From the IMG/VR virus record IMGVR_UViG_2909262264_000005: a stretch of DNA of 64,000 nucleotides; one strand, given 5' to 3'. The notes under the pieces are model-generated. The model worked only from the letters and a program-made list of their open reading frames with translations. It did no database searches and was not told the DNA's origin. Source of the DNA: a virus. Lineage: Duplodnaviria; Heunggongvirae; Uroviricota; Caudoviricetes. Shown one piece after another: positions 54,314-64,000 of the stretch; the stretch's first letter is position 1; each line of letters opens with the position of its first letter. A program made the translations under genes and the position numbers.

Positions 54314-57300
54314 TCAGCTGATACTGATACCTGCTGTGGATTTTTTCATCACCACAACCAGCAGATCGCTGATACTGGTTGTTGGTGTCCAGTTATTCGC
54401 TCCTGATGAAGATACGGTGAATGTCAGTGTCAGCGTCCCCTGTCCGGCAGGCATATCTATAACTGAGGAAAATACGCCCTGAGCATCCGTCGTGGACTGA
54501 TTAAAAATCTCCTGACCATTGCGGGTCACTCTTAACCGGCAGGTTGAATACCAGTATGACTGTTGGTTATTACTGTTGAAATTCTCATGCTTACCACCGC
54601 GGAATAACACTGGCGGTATCATGACCTGCCGGTCAAATTTCTGATCATCACTGATTCTTACCGTGATGGTGCCACTGGCATAACTGTTCGTGCGGGGGAA
54701 AGACTTGCTGACCGTTTTGACAATATCGCCTTCAATCTGATTGGCTGACAGTTTCCCCTTAATCTGACAGTTCTCATTAATCGTGACATTGTTGAGCGTC
54801 CCGGAGTTCGCATTCACACTGCCACTGATATCCGCATTTTTAGCAGTCAGCTTTCCGTCCGGTGTCAGGGAAAATGCCGGAGGATTACCGCCGCTGGTAA
54901 TGGTGGGAGCCGTCAGATATTTCAGGAACACTTCATTCATGAATATCTGATCGCCCTGACCAACAAACATCGGCTTTGTGTTGCCATTCGCAGGATTAAT
55001 CATCGCAATCCTGTCTGCCGCCAGCAGCACCTGACTCTGCATGCCGTCGGGGGTGTTCTCAATACCGGCACCGATACCCGCAATATAAAGGCGTCCGTCC
55101 TGCATCTGCTGCAGCTTCACTGCCCACATGCTGTTCAGGTTATTATTTGTATCAACCTGAACCTTCTGTATCTGCTGGATCGCTGCACTCTGGTCTTCCA
55201 GTTTCTTATTGACGGTCTGTGTTATTTCATTGCTGACATCCGTTATGGACGTCCTGATTTCAGTCAGGTCAGGCGCAAGCTGACCGTTATCAATCTGCGT
55301 CCACAGCTCCTGAGCCAGATGGGTTTTCCCTATCTCGCCTTTGAAAAAATCCAGATAGCCTGATGCATCATCACTCGGCTGACCGACAGCCTCCACGAAT
55401 GCCGATTTGCCAACGGTGTTCACACTGCGAACGTAAAAATAATAATCATGGCCCGGTTTGATATTGATACTGGCGGCTATCCAGTACAGCGCCGTACCAA
55501 GATAACGCGCGCTGGTTTCAACCTGCCTGATATCGGCAATCCGCGTTTCCGAGAACCAGAACTCAAACTGTACCGTCGGATCATAAACGGCAAGATGCGG
55601 TATGGCGGTTATCTGAAAATAGCCCGGCGTCAGCTCAATCCGCGACGGTGCTGCCGGTGCGGCAATCCGGAACGATACCGACGCCGGATCGCCCTGCTGT
55701 CCCCACGCATTTACCGCCCGGACCGTCAGCGTGTAACGCCCCAGCGCCAGTTGCCTGAAGCGGTATGTGGTTTCCGTCGTCCGGGCCGTGCTGACCAGCC
55801 GCTCACTGCCGTCATCCGCTGTTACGGTCAGACGGAGCAGGAAGCTCACGCCCTTCACCACCTTCGGCGTGTCCCAGCGCGCCAGCACCTGGTATTCCCC
55901 GCTGTCTGCGGTGACTTCTGCGGTCAGGTGCTGCACTGCTGGCGGCGTGACACCATTCACCGTGCCGCTCTGGTCGCCGTCAAAGTGCGCCCCGTTATCC
56001 ACGATGGCCTCTTTCTCCGGCACATGCTGCACAGCGGTGATGGCATACGTGCCGTCGTCATTCTCACGGATACTCACGCAGCGGAACAGGCGCTGGCGCA
56101 GCGTCGGCAGCTTCAGCCCCCACACGCTGTACTCGGCAACGCCGTCAGGAACACGGCTCACTTTCACCTTCACGCCGTCGGTGACGGACTGGACCTCCAC
56201 GCTGACCGGATTGCCACTTCCGTCAACCAGGCTTATCAGCGTGGTACCGGAGGATGGCAGCGTGATTTCACGGTCGAGCGTCAGCGTCCGGGTCTGGCTG
56301 TTCACCGCCAGCACGCGCCCGCCGGTGCTGATACCGGCATAGTCATCATCACAGATTTCAATGACATCGCCCGGTACATGGCGAAGCCCTTCGGCACCCA
56401 CGCTGAAGTCCACGGTCTGCGTCTCCAGCAGCTCCGTTTTAATCAGCCACAGCCCGGCTCGGTGTGCCTGCCCCCGGCTGGTACAACCAAAGGCATCCAT
56501 CTTCGTGACATTACGACCGTAACGGGCAATGGCCTGCGTGTCCTCCACAAGCTCTGTCGCCGTCTCCCAGCCGTTGTTCGGGTCAATCCAGTTCACCTCA
56601 ACGGCATTATGGCGGTCTTTCAGGGCGCTGAAGCTGTAGCGGAACGGCGCGCCATCATCCGGCATCACCACATTACTGCGGTTATAGGTCCACACCTTAT
56701 CCGACGGTCGGTCCTGCACGAACGTCAGCGTCTGCCCGTTCCATACCGGCATACAGCGCATCGCCGAGCAGAAATCACTGAGCACATCCCACGCCTTGCG
56801 CTGTGTGGTCAGCCAGGCATTACAGGTGATGCGCGGCTCCGTGCCGCCAAAGCCGTCCGGCACCGACTGGTCGCAGTACTGGCCGATGACATACAGCGCC
56901 CATTTATCCACATCCGCCGCACCAAGACGTTTCCCCATGCCGTAGCGCGGATGGGTCAGCATATCCCACAGACACCAGGCCATGTTGTTGCTGTATGCCG
57001 GTTTAAACGTTCCGTCCCAGATACCGCTGTATTGCCGCGTCTGCGGGTTATAATTCGACGGCACCTGCAGAATACGCCCGCGCAGATGATAATTACGGCT
57101 CACCTGCTGGCTGCCGAACTGCTCCGAGTCCACCTGCACGCCGACCAGTGCCGTGTTCGGGTAGCACTGTTTCACATCGATAATTTCGGTGTATGACGAC
57201 CAGAGCGTTTTGTTCTGCAGCTGGTCTGTGGTGCTGTCCGGCGTCATCCTGCGCATCCGGATACTGAACGGGCGCGGCGGCAGGTTATCCACCACCACCG

Positions 57301-57796
57301 AGGCCAGATACTGTGAAGTGGTTTTACCCTTAATGGTGATGTCTTTTTCCGTCACCCAGCCACCGTTACGCTGAATCTGAACCAGCAGGCGGACTTCCGA
57401 CGGATTCCGGTCACCCTTTGAGGTGGTTTCCACCAGTGCCTGCACACCGAAGGTAAAGCGCAGACGGTCGATGTTTGCAGACGTGATGGTCCGGGTGATC
57501 GGCGTGTCGTATTTCACTTCCGTACCCAGCACCGTCTCGGAACCGGAGGATTCAAATCCCTCCGGCGGTGTCTGCTCCTGCTCACCTGCCCGGAACACCA
57601 CCGTGACACCGGAGATGTTGGTATTCCCCTCACTGTCCAGCACCGGTGTACTGTTCAGCAGCACGCTTTTTAATCCATCCACCGGACCTTCAATCGGCCC
57701 TTCGCTGATGGCATCGATCACACTCAGCAACTGCGTGGATTTCAGGTTATCCTTCGCTTCGCGCGGGGTATGCCCCTTACTGCTGCCTTTACCCAT
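54314..57796 (-). CDS. Host specificity protein J
   Basis: 1160 aa; first ~830 residues near-identical to prophage A J, C-terminal region divergent. Confidence 0.9.
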   Translation of the reverse strand: MGKGSSKGHTPREAKDNLKSTQLLSVIDAISEGPIEGPVDGLKSVLLNSTPVLDSEGNTNISGVTVVFRAGEQEQTPPEGFESSGSETVLGTEVKYDTPITRTITSANIDRLRFTFGVQALVETTSKGDRNPSEVRLLVQIQRNGGWVTEKDITIKGKTTSQYLASVVVDNLPPRPFSIRMRRMTPDSTTDQLQNKTLWSSYTEIIDVKQCYPNTALVGVQVDSEQFGSQQVSRNYHLRGRILQVPSNYNPQTRQYSGIWDGTFKPAYSNNMAWCLWDMLTHPRYGMGKRLGAADVDKWALYVIGQYCDQSVPDGFGGTEPRITCNAWLTTQRKAWDVLSDFCSAMRCMPVWNGQTLTFVQDRPSDKVWTYNRSNVVMPDDGAPFRYSFSALKDRHNAVEVNWIDPNNGWETATELVEDTQAIARYGRNVTKMDAFGCTSRGQAHRAGLWLIKTELLETQTVDFSVGAEGLRHVPGDVIEICDDDYAGISTGGRVLAVNSQTRTLTLDREITLPSSGTTLISLVDGSGNPVSVEVQSVTDGVKVKVSRVPDGVAEYSVWGLKLPTLRQRLFRCVSIRENDDGTYAITAVQHVPEKEAIVDNGAHFDGDQSGTVNGVTPPAVQHLTAEVTADSGEYQVLARWDTPKVVKGVSFLLRLTVTADDGSERLVSTARTTETTYRFRQLALGRYTLTVRAVNAWGQQGDPASVSFRIAAPAAPSRIELTPGYFQITAIPHLAVYDPTVQFEFWFSETRIADIRQVETSARYLGTALYWIAASINIKPGHDYYFYVRSVNTVGKSAFVEAVGQPSDDASGYLDFFKGEIGKTHLAQELWTQIDNGQLAPDLTEIRTSITDVSNEITQTVNKKLEDQSAAIQQIQKVQVDTNNNLNSMWAVKLQQMQDGRLYIAGIGAGIENTPDGMQSQVLLAADRIAMINPANGNTKPMFVGQGDQIFMNEVFLKYLTAPTITSGGNPPAFSLTPDGKLTAKNADISGSVNANSGTLNNVTINENCQIKGKLSANQIEGDIVKTVSKSFPRTNSYASGTITVRISDDQKFDRQVMIPPVLFRGGKHENFNSNNQQSYWYSTCRLRVTRNGQEIFNQSTTDAQGVFSSVIDMPAGQGTLTLTFTVSSSGANNWTPTTSISDLLVVVMKKSTAGISIS

Positions 57797-57856
57797 TCGT
57801 CATGCTCCATAAACGACAAAACCGCCCGGAGGCGGTTTCACATAAAACATTTTGCA

Positions 57857-58504
57857 TCAGCGACCAATCACCACAACCTGACCACCGTCCCCTTCGTCTG
57901 CCGTGCTGATCTCCTGAGAAACCACCCGCGACCCCACACGCATTTCACCGTACAGAACAGGCAAAACATTGCCCTGAGCAACCATGTTATCCAGTGAGGA
58001 GAAATAGGTGTTCTGTTTGCCGTTATCTGTACTGGCTGCCGTGGGCGTCCTGGCTTTCGGTGCCAGCATCTGGGCCACACCACCCAGGATCATACTGGCC
58101 CCTGCCGCATACATGCCCGATACAGCCGCAGCACCCAGCCAGCCCACAGGGTTCCACCATGCCACCGCAATCAGCGCCGCCCCCAGCACCACCTGAAACA
58201 CACCGCCACTTTTAGCTCCCGCCATACGCGGCACGATGTGAATCACGGCACCATTTTCCAGCGGCTCATTAAGACGGGCAGATAATTCATTTTCTCCCGC
58301 ATCACGCCCGGCAATGCGCACCTGATACCAGCCCTCATTCAGTTTCTGGCGAAACGACGGAAGCTGTGTGGCCAGCGCCCGGATGGCTTCAGCCCCCGTT
58401 TTCACACGAAGGTCGATGCGGCGGCCAAATCGTTGTAAATCCCCGTAAAGGCAGATGCGTGCCATGCCCGGTGACGCCAGAGGGAGTGTGTGCGTCGCTG
58501 CCAT
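57857..58504 (-). CDS. Tail assembly protein I
   Basis: Paralogue of prophage A gpI-like protein. Confidence 0.8.
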   Translation of the reverse strand: MAATHTLPLASPGMARICLYGDLQRFGRRIDLRVKTGAEAIRALATQLPSFRQKLNEGWYQVRIAGRDAGENELSARLNEPLENGAVIHIVPRMAGAKSGGVFQVVLGAALIAVAWWNPVGWLGAAAVSGMYAAGASMILGGVAQMLAPKARTPTAASTDNGKQNTYFSSLDNMVAQGNVLPVLYGEMRVGSRVVSQEISTADEGDGGQVVVIGR

Positions 58505-59145
58505 TTGTCGGTATACCTCTCTCGTTTGCTCAGTTGTTCAGGAATATGGTGCAGCAGCTCGCCATCACCACAGTAAATGGCGGCATGATTCGGCACCGAT
58601 GAACCAAAACAGCACAGCAGCACATCGCCCGGCTGCGCCTCTGTCAGTGCGACACGGTAAAAACCAGTCGCCTCCATATTGTCAAGATAGAGATTCTGGC
58701 CGTTACGCCACCAGTCATCTCCGCGATGAAAATCCGGCATCTCAATTCCCGCCAGATGGTATGCATCCCGGAACAGCGTGTAACAGTCCGTCACCCCGTG
58801 CTCAAAGCGCCGCCCGGTAAGATGTGGCACACAGCGGAACTTGTGAATCGCCCCGCGGCAGACCAGCCACCACGGCAAATCACTCTGCACCTGCAGCCGC
58901 CGATCGGCCTCACTCAGCCAGGGCAGACCACCGGGATGACTGTGGACCAGCGCCACAATCTCACCCTGCATTTCTGCCCGCAGCCAGTCCTCCGGAGCCA
59001 TCCGGAAATACGCCTCCGGCTCACCGGAGATATTCACGCAGGGAAAATATCTTTCTCCCTCCGGCATTCTCACCACGAAGCCGCACGACTCCGCTGGCGC
59101 ACATCGCCGGGCGTGCGCCAGAATCGCTGATTCTGTCTCTGTCAT
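58402..59145 (-). CDS. Tail assembly protein K
   Basis: Paralogue of prophage A K. Confidence 0.8.
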   Translation of the reverse strand: MTETESAILAHARRCAPAESCGFVVRMPEGERYFPCVNISGEPEAYFRMAPEDWLRAEMQGEIVALVHSHPGGLPWLSEADRRLQVQSDLPWWLVCRGAIHKFRCVPHLTGRRFEHGVTDCYTLFRDAYHLAGIEMPDFHRGDDWWRNGQNLYLDNMEATGFYRVALTEAQPGDVLLCCFGSSVPNHAAIYCGDGELLHHIPEQLSKRERYTDKWQRRTHSLWRHRAWHASAFTGIYNDLAAASTFV

Positions 59146-59150
59146 GGGAT

Positions 59151-59852
59151 TTACTGCGAAAGTTTGTTAATGGAAAGGTAACCGCCAAAGTTGCCGACGT
59201 TATTGCGAAACTTACAGCCGCTAAGGCATTTGCTGCATTTATCCTTCGTGATATCGGACGTCGGCTGGTCATATTCATCCGCGACTGCCGGACCGTGATA
59301 ACCGCACTCATCACCGCGATAGGTCCAGGTGCAGGTGTTGGCCAGCATGATACGCCCCGGAAAAACAGCACCGTCCGTTTCCGTCGGCGTGGACAGTACA
59401 AAAGAAGCACTGACCGCACTCAGTTCACTGCACTGCTCGATGCGCCAGCTGCTGATCACCTCCTGCTCCTGGTCGGCATCACTGTTTCCGTTGACGAAGT
59501 TCACCGCATCCAGAAAACGGGCGTAAACCTTACGCCGGACCACCGTTCCGCCGACCAGACTCTGCAGATCTTCCGCCATACCGGTGACCATACCGTGCAG
59601 GTTAGAAACCGTCAGTGTCGGACGGGCAGCACTGCCCTTGCCGTTCAGTTCAAATCCTGTCCCCTGAATGGGGTATGCCTGATACTGCCGCCCCTGCCAG
59701 GTGACCGGCTCACCTTTTTCGTTCTGCTCATTACATAAAAAATAACGTTCACCACCGACCTCTGTCAGATCGATTTCCCAGAGCACCACCTGGGCTGACT
59801 GAGTGAGGCGTGTCGTCTCATGATGTGTTTCCTGTGGAATATCCTGCATCAT
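59151..59852 (-). CDS. Minor tail protein L
   Basis: Paralogue of prophage A L. Confidence 0.8.
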   Translation of the reverse strand: MMQDIPQETHHETTRLTQSAQVVLWEIDLTEVGGERYFLCNEQNEKGEPVTWQGRQYQAYPIQGTGFELNGKGSAARPTLTVSNLHGMVTGMAEDLQSLVGGTVVRRKVYARFLDAVNFVNGNSDADQEQEVISSWRIEQCSELSAVSASFVLSTPTETDGAVFPGRIMLANTCTWTYRGDECGYHGPAVADEYDQPTSDITKDKCSKCLSGCKFRNNVGNFGGYLSINKLSQ

Positions 59853-59858
59853 GGCCTC

Positions 59859-60188
59859 CTATGCCACGACCTGTTCAAAATCTGCCGTTATGGTTACCCA
59901 CAGCGCCCCCACGCTTGCCGACCATTTACGACAAACCACCCTAATCGGCTTCCAGTCATAAGGTGGCGTCCACTGAAATGCGCGGACGCCACCGTGCCGT
60001 TCCAGAAAGGCTTTTAAAGATGGGTGTTCACATTTACGAACACGTATCGTCACGCTGTAAGTCGACAACTGGTTATTCAGTCCCGCCGCACGACGCTGTT
60101 CATAACCATCGCCCAGCTTCACTGTCACCACTTTCGGTTCTGATACCACATTCATATCCGGGCGCACTTTCCAGTGAAACGTCTCCAT
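59859..60188 (-). CDS. Minor tail protein M
   Basis: METFHWKVRPDMNVVSEPKVVTVKLGDGYEQRRAAGLN...; resembles lambda gpM. Confidence 0.75.
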   Translation of the reverse strand: METFHWKVRPDMNVVSEPKVVTVKLGDGYEQRRAAGLNNQLSTYSVTIRVRKCEHPSLKAFLERHGGVRAFQWTPPYDWKPIRVVCRKWSASVGALWVTITADFEQVVA

Positions 60189-63100
60189 TACCGATATGCT
60201 CCACTTAACCGACCACCATCACGGGCCTGCTGTTGCATAAAGTCCGCTGCCGCTTTTTTCCCGAGGTCATAAACCACCTTCAGGGCAGCCGGACCTATCT
60301 GCCCGTTCGTGCCATCGTTATTGATCTCGATGTTGTACTGCGGGGCAAACATCGCCATACCTGAACCACCAATATCCGCCACAACCCCCAGCTTACCGTC
60401 AGCACCACGACGCAGTGGCAGAATGGCTTCAGGTCCAGCTTCCCCCATCACACCTGCACCTTTTGCAAAAGCAAAAAACGTCGGACGGTTAACCACCGTG
60501 CCACTGTAGCGACTCAAATCAGCAGACTGATAAACACCACCATCAGCATTGGGCGTCACACTGGCAGTTGCTGCACTCCCCCAGCCAAACGCCGAACCAA
60601 TCCCCTTAACTGCCTGCATCATGGACATCTGGGCCATGATTTTTGCCAGATCAGAAAGGAGCGAGGCGGTAAAAGATTTGAAGTTCAGTTTTCCGGTAGT
60701 ACAGAACGTTGCCAGTGCATTACCTGCACTGTTAAATGCCGCTGTAAGCATCTGCTCAGCAGTGCCTGCCGCATTATCCGCATCTGCCGTGAAATTCTGA
60801 AACGCCCGCATAGCACCGTTTTTCCAGTTACCCTGAGCAATTTCAAGCTGTTGCCAGTAACGGCGATTCTCATTCAGTTGTCGGTTCAGGCTCTCCGTCA
60901 GCGCCTGCTCGGCCTTTCTGTAGTCATCCGTGTTATATGTCCCTTTCTGCTCACTATCCCGCCTCAACTGCTCCAGCTGTTGCTGGTATTTCTGGCGAAG
61001 ACTCAGTTGTACCTGATATCGCTGCCGCTGCTGATCACCCATACCCACCGTGGCGATATCCAGGTCATGTTGCTGACGCTGAGCGCGCTCTTCTTCAGCC
61101 AGTTGACTGGTCAGCTGAATTGTTTTTTTCTTCAGCTCGTTGAGTGCCGTCTGTTTCTGAAGCTCCTGCTGTTTTACATCCAGCAGCGTCAGTGCCTGAA
61201 TCAGTTCATCTTTACGGGCCAGCACACTCTTTTCATCTGCCGTCAGTTTTTTCCCGTCCAGGTCGCTGATGCGCTGCTGCAGAGCCAGAAGCTGTTTATG
61301 CGCTTCTGTCATCTTTTCAGTGGCAATGCCTGCTGACTGTCTTGCAGCAGCAATCTGCCCTTCCACCTGTGCCTGTTGCTGACTGTACTGCATCAATAAC
61401 CGGGTGGCCTCATCATTACGGGTTTCGCGTGTTTTTTTCTTACCGGATGCCAGGGCTTTCTCGTAACGTTCATTTTCACGTTGTATCGCCGCATCCCTGA
61501 CAGCCTGGTCGGCGTACTGCATGGCATTAATACGCGCAATTTCACGCTGATGTCGTGCTGCTTCCGTTTCATTCATCCGGTTCAGTGCAGCATTTTCAGC
61601 ATTACGTCGTTTCTGTTGCTCCTGATAATTCCGCTCTGCCTGCTCTTTTGCATCCTGCAAATCCTTCTGGCGTTTTTTCTCCTGAAGATCGTTAAGACGC
61701 TGCTGATCGTATTCAACCTGAGAAGATGATGCCGTCCAGGGGAGTCTTTTCGCCCGCGACACTTTCTCCTGTAAAGCGGCAATCTGTTCATCCAGCGAGT
61801 CTTCACGACCAATATTCATGGCCGCATCCCAGAAACGACTCCACAAATCAGACAGATACTTCAGCGTACTGCCAAGCGCATTGAGGTTATTATCAATATC
61901 CGCAGTACGCCGACCGGTTTCCTCTGCCAGTGCAGACATGGCTATCCGTGCAGCATCACTGGACCGTCCCTGATCCCCAAGGACACGTATCTGCTCAAGC
62001 TGAGTGGCAGTAAGAAAATGCAGCTCATTGTCCAGAGCCTTCGCGGCATTTACAGGATCATCCTTCAGCCGCTTAAACTGATTTATGGTATCGCTGACCG
62101 ACTGGCCAACCGATCGCTCCATCTGTGCGGCAGCTCTCGCCACCATACCGATATCGTTTCCACGAAATGCACCACTCCCCACCACCTGAGCCAGCGCACC
62201 GGCTGCAGCATGTTGCGTGATACCATTCCCGGAAATAGCACGACTAAGCGTCCACAGCTGCCCGGCAGTGACTCCGGCATAATGCCCCGTCAGCGACAAC
62301 TGGCGGTTAAATTCTTCCCCCTCCTTCTGACCGTCATACCAGGCTTTACCCAGACCATAGACGGCCGCGGCAATACCGCCAATAACCCCGCCCAGCATCA
62401 TGCCTTTCGGTGACATCAGTGTGTCTATCCATCCGGCACGGTTAGCCAGCGTTATCCCGGATCCCCTCAGCGCACCTAAATTGCCGCGAGCCAGTTCACC
62501 TATCAGAACGCCTATCTCCTGGCGGGCCGCTGCACTTTTCAGACCCAGCGAATGCGTGGCTTTTCCTGCCTGCTCCATTTTGCGGATATACACTTCTGCA
62601 GCACTGCTTACCCCCAGTTGGGCAGCCTTAGCACGAAGCAACTCAGAAGAAGAAAGATTCTGGCGGGTTGCCTGCTCTTTAAGCTGACGGATAAACGCCA
62701 CTTTCTGTCGGGTAGCCTCTTCCTCAGCCTGTGTAAGAACACGGGTTTTCGCCGTAACCTCAGAAATCAGCGCCAGATAATCCTGCTGACCAATCCCGCC
62801 ACTGTGTCTGGCCTGTCGGATCTGCTGCTGAATACGCTGTAATTCCTGCAGCCCCGCACTGGCCTGTTTCACACTGTCAATCTGACGATAAAACGCAGCA
62901 GCCGCTTTATCCTGAGCCTCCGCCAGAGCCATGGCCTGCGCCTGTTCATCGCGCATTTTCTGGCTCAGCGCCTCCATGCGCTGGCGGGTTTTCTCCACCT
63001 CGCGAGCCATGCGTTCATGAGCCTGTGCGTTCTTCTCCACCGTCTGCGCATGGACGGAGGCGGCTGTTGCAGCCGAAGAAGCCGCCTGCGTTGTCTGCCG

Positions 63101-63292
63101 GGCGGCCTGAGTCTGACGCTCCATAAAACGCTGCATACGGGCAGAAGACCGTTCTGCATCGCTGGCTGCACCATTCAGAAGGTTTTTGATACGGGGAATT
63201 TCATTTTTAAACTCTGCCGCATCAATCCCCAAATCAATGACCAGGTTGGCTATCTGGTCCATAACGCACACCTCCGGAAATACCTTCTCCAA
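60188..63292 (-). CDS. Tail tape measure protein H
   Basis: 1034 aa, coiled-coil-rich. Confidence 0.85.
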   Translation of the reverse strand: MEKVFPEVCVMDQIANLVIDLGIDAAEFKNEIPRIKNLLNGAASDAERSSARMQRFMERQTQAARQTTQAASSAATAASVHAQTVEKNAQAHERMAREVEKTRQRMEALSQKMRDEQAQAMALAEAQDKAAAAFYRQIDSVKQASAGLQELQRIQQQIRQARHSGGIGQQDYLALISEVTAKTRVLTQAEEEATRQKVAFIRQLKEQATRQNLSSSELLRAKAAQLGVSSAAEVYIRKMEQAGKATHSLGLKSAAARQEIGVLIGELARGNLGALRGSGITLANRAGWIDTLMSPKGMMLGGVIGGIAAAVYGLGKAWYDGQKEGEEFNRQLSLTGHYAGVTAGQLWTLSRAISGNGITQHAAAGALAQVVGSGAFRGNDIGMVARAAAQMERSVGQSVSDTINQFKRLKDDPVNAAKALDNELHFLTATQLEQIRVLGDQGRSSDAARIAMSALAEETGRRTADIDNNLNALGSTLKYLSDLWSRFWDAAMNIGREDSLDEQIAALQEKVSRAKRLPWTASSSQVEYDQQRLNDLQEKKRQKDLQDAKEQAERNYQEQQKRRNAENAALNRMNETEAARHQREIARINAMQYADQAVRDAAIQRENERYEKALASGKKKTRETRNDEATRLLMQYSQQQAQVEGQIAAARQSAGIATEKMTEAHKQLLALQQRISDLDGKKLTADEKSVLARKDELIQALTLLDVKQQELQKQTALNELKKKTIQLTSQLAEEERAQRQQHDLDIATVGMGDQQRQRYQVQLSLRQKYQQQLEQLRRDSEQKGTYNTDDYRKAEQALTESLNRQLNENRRYWQQLEIAQGNWKNGAMRAFQNFTADADNAAGTAEQMLTAAFNSAGNALATFCTTGKLNFKSFTASLLSDLAKIMAQMSMMQAVKGIGSAFGWGSAATASVTPNADGGVYQSADLSRYSGTVVNRPTFFAFAKGAGVMGEAGPEAILPLRRGADGKLGVVADIGGSGMAMFAPQYNIEINNDGTNGQIGPAALKVVYDLGKKAAADFMQQQARDGGRLSGAYR

Positions 63293-63563
63293 GATGCATC
63301 AGTTCTTCGTCCGTTCGCTCCGGTATCCCGTTCTCTTCCGGTAAAAGGCTGAAATCAGCCACCGCAGCATCACTGCTGCCGGACACCATTCTCACGATCA
63401 ATGCCTTCAGCGAGGCAAACTGCGCATCCATCCACACATCACTGAAGCTCTGCATCCGGAAATAATCGCCCCACTCACCAAGCTCAGTGGCCGACATTTC
63501 CGACAGCATCCGCCGCCAGTCTGCCCGCCGGAACTCCCGGGCAAGCCGCATGACAAACTGCAT
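63234..63563 (-). CDS. Tail assembly chaperone T portion (G-T frameshift product)
   Basis: In -1 frame relative to G; continuous with G via slip at ccg gaa aag. Confidence 0.55.
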   Translation of the reverse strand: MQFVMRLAREFRRADWRRMLSEMSATELGEWGDYFRMQSFSDVWMDAQFASLKALIVRMVSGSSDAAVADFSLLPEENGIPERTDEELMHLGEGISGGVRYGPDSQPGH

Positions 63564-63571
63564 TTCCCGCG

Positions 63572-64000
63572 TCAGGACTTTTCCGGCGTCAGCGCCTCAT
63601 GCTCATCATCCCCGGCATTATCAATGGCCCCCATACCGCTCAGCGACAGAACCATCTCCGCCCCCGCACCCAGGGCATCATACGACCATGTTGTAATAAC
63701 GGATGCGCAAAGCGTCTCTACATCCTTAGACTGATCCGCATTCCACAGTGAGCGGGAAACCAGCCAGGCATTGATATCCATCCCCATCCGCAGAAAAGCA
63801 ATCTGTCGTTCAGCCTCCGGCAGTTCTCCCTCCCCGGCATCAAACTTTGCCGTTCGCTGCTGAACAAACGCCAGATATTCAATTCTCTGCAGCCCGGACA
63901 GCTCACTGAGCACCACGGACTGTTTTTCATAATTAAACGTGCCCTGTTTCAGAAACATCATGTTCTCCACCTGCAAAAAAGCCCCGAATAACCGGGGCAA
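63572..64000 (-). CDS. Tail assembly chaperone G (5' end truncated by window edge)
   Basis: Acidic protein directly upstream of the T-frame ORF. Confidence 0.65.
   Translation of the reverse strand: MPRLFGAFLQVENMMFLKQGTFNYEKQSVVLSELSGLQRIEYLAFVQQRTAKFDAGEGELPEAERQIAFLRMGMDINAWLVSRSLWNADQSKDVETLCASVITTWSYDALGAGAEMVLSLSGMGAIDNAGDDEHEALTPEKS

Overview
Enterobacterial (E. coli-type) chromosome segment: smpB and the tmRNA gene ssrA, followed by two lambdoid prophages integrated in tandem at the 3' end of ssrA. The 27-bp att core (cgggttcaactcccgccagctccacca) occurs at 1034-1060 and again at 45414-45440. Prophage A (1061-45440) is complete and all its late genes are on the minus strand: lambda-like tail module, HK97-type head module, lysis cassette, a tRNA, a DNA methyltransferase split by an IS21-family element with a 5-bp target duplication, an NmpC/Lc-type porin moron, Q, a DnaB/DnaC/O-like replication module with iterons, cro/cI, an eight-gene accessory operon of unknown function, and xis/int. 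Prophage B (45441 to the window end, partial) has tail genes closely related to those of A but with different receptor-binding regions. Its ssrA-proximal arm carries an AT-rich cargo island: an EcoRII-like restriction endonuclease, a Dcm-like C5-methyltransferase and a GIY-YIG-domain protein. The best candidates for an undescribed system are (i) the GIY-YIG protein beside the R-M pair, (ii) the small membrane protein plus SPFH lipoprotein pair and (iii) the HTH-XRE two-gene module under an operator-bearing consensus promoter, the latter two sitting in prophage A where lambda carries rexAB/sieB. All protein identifications rest on motif recognition and recall of homologues, not on database searches.
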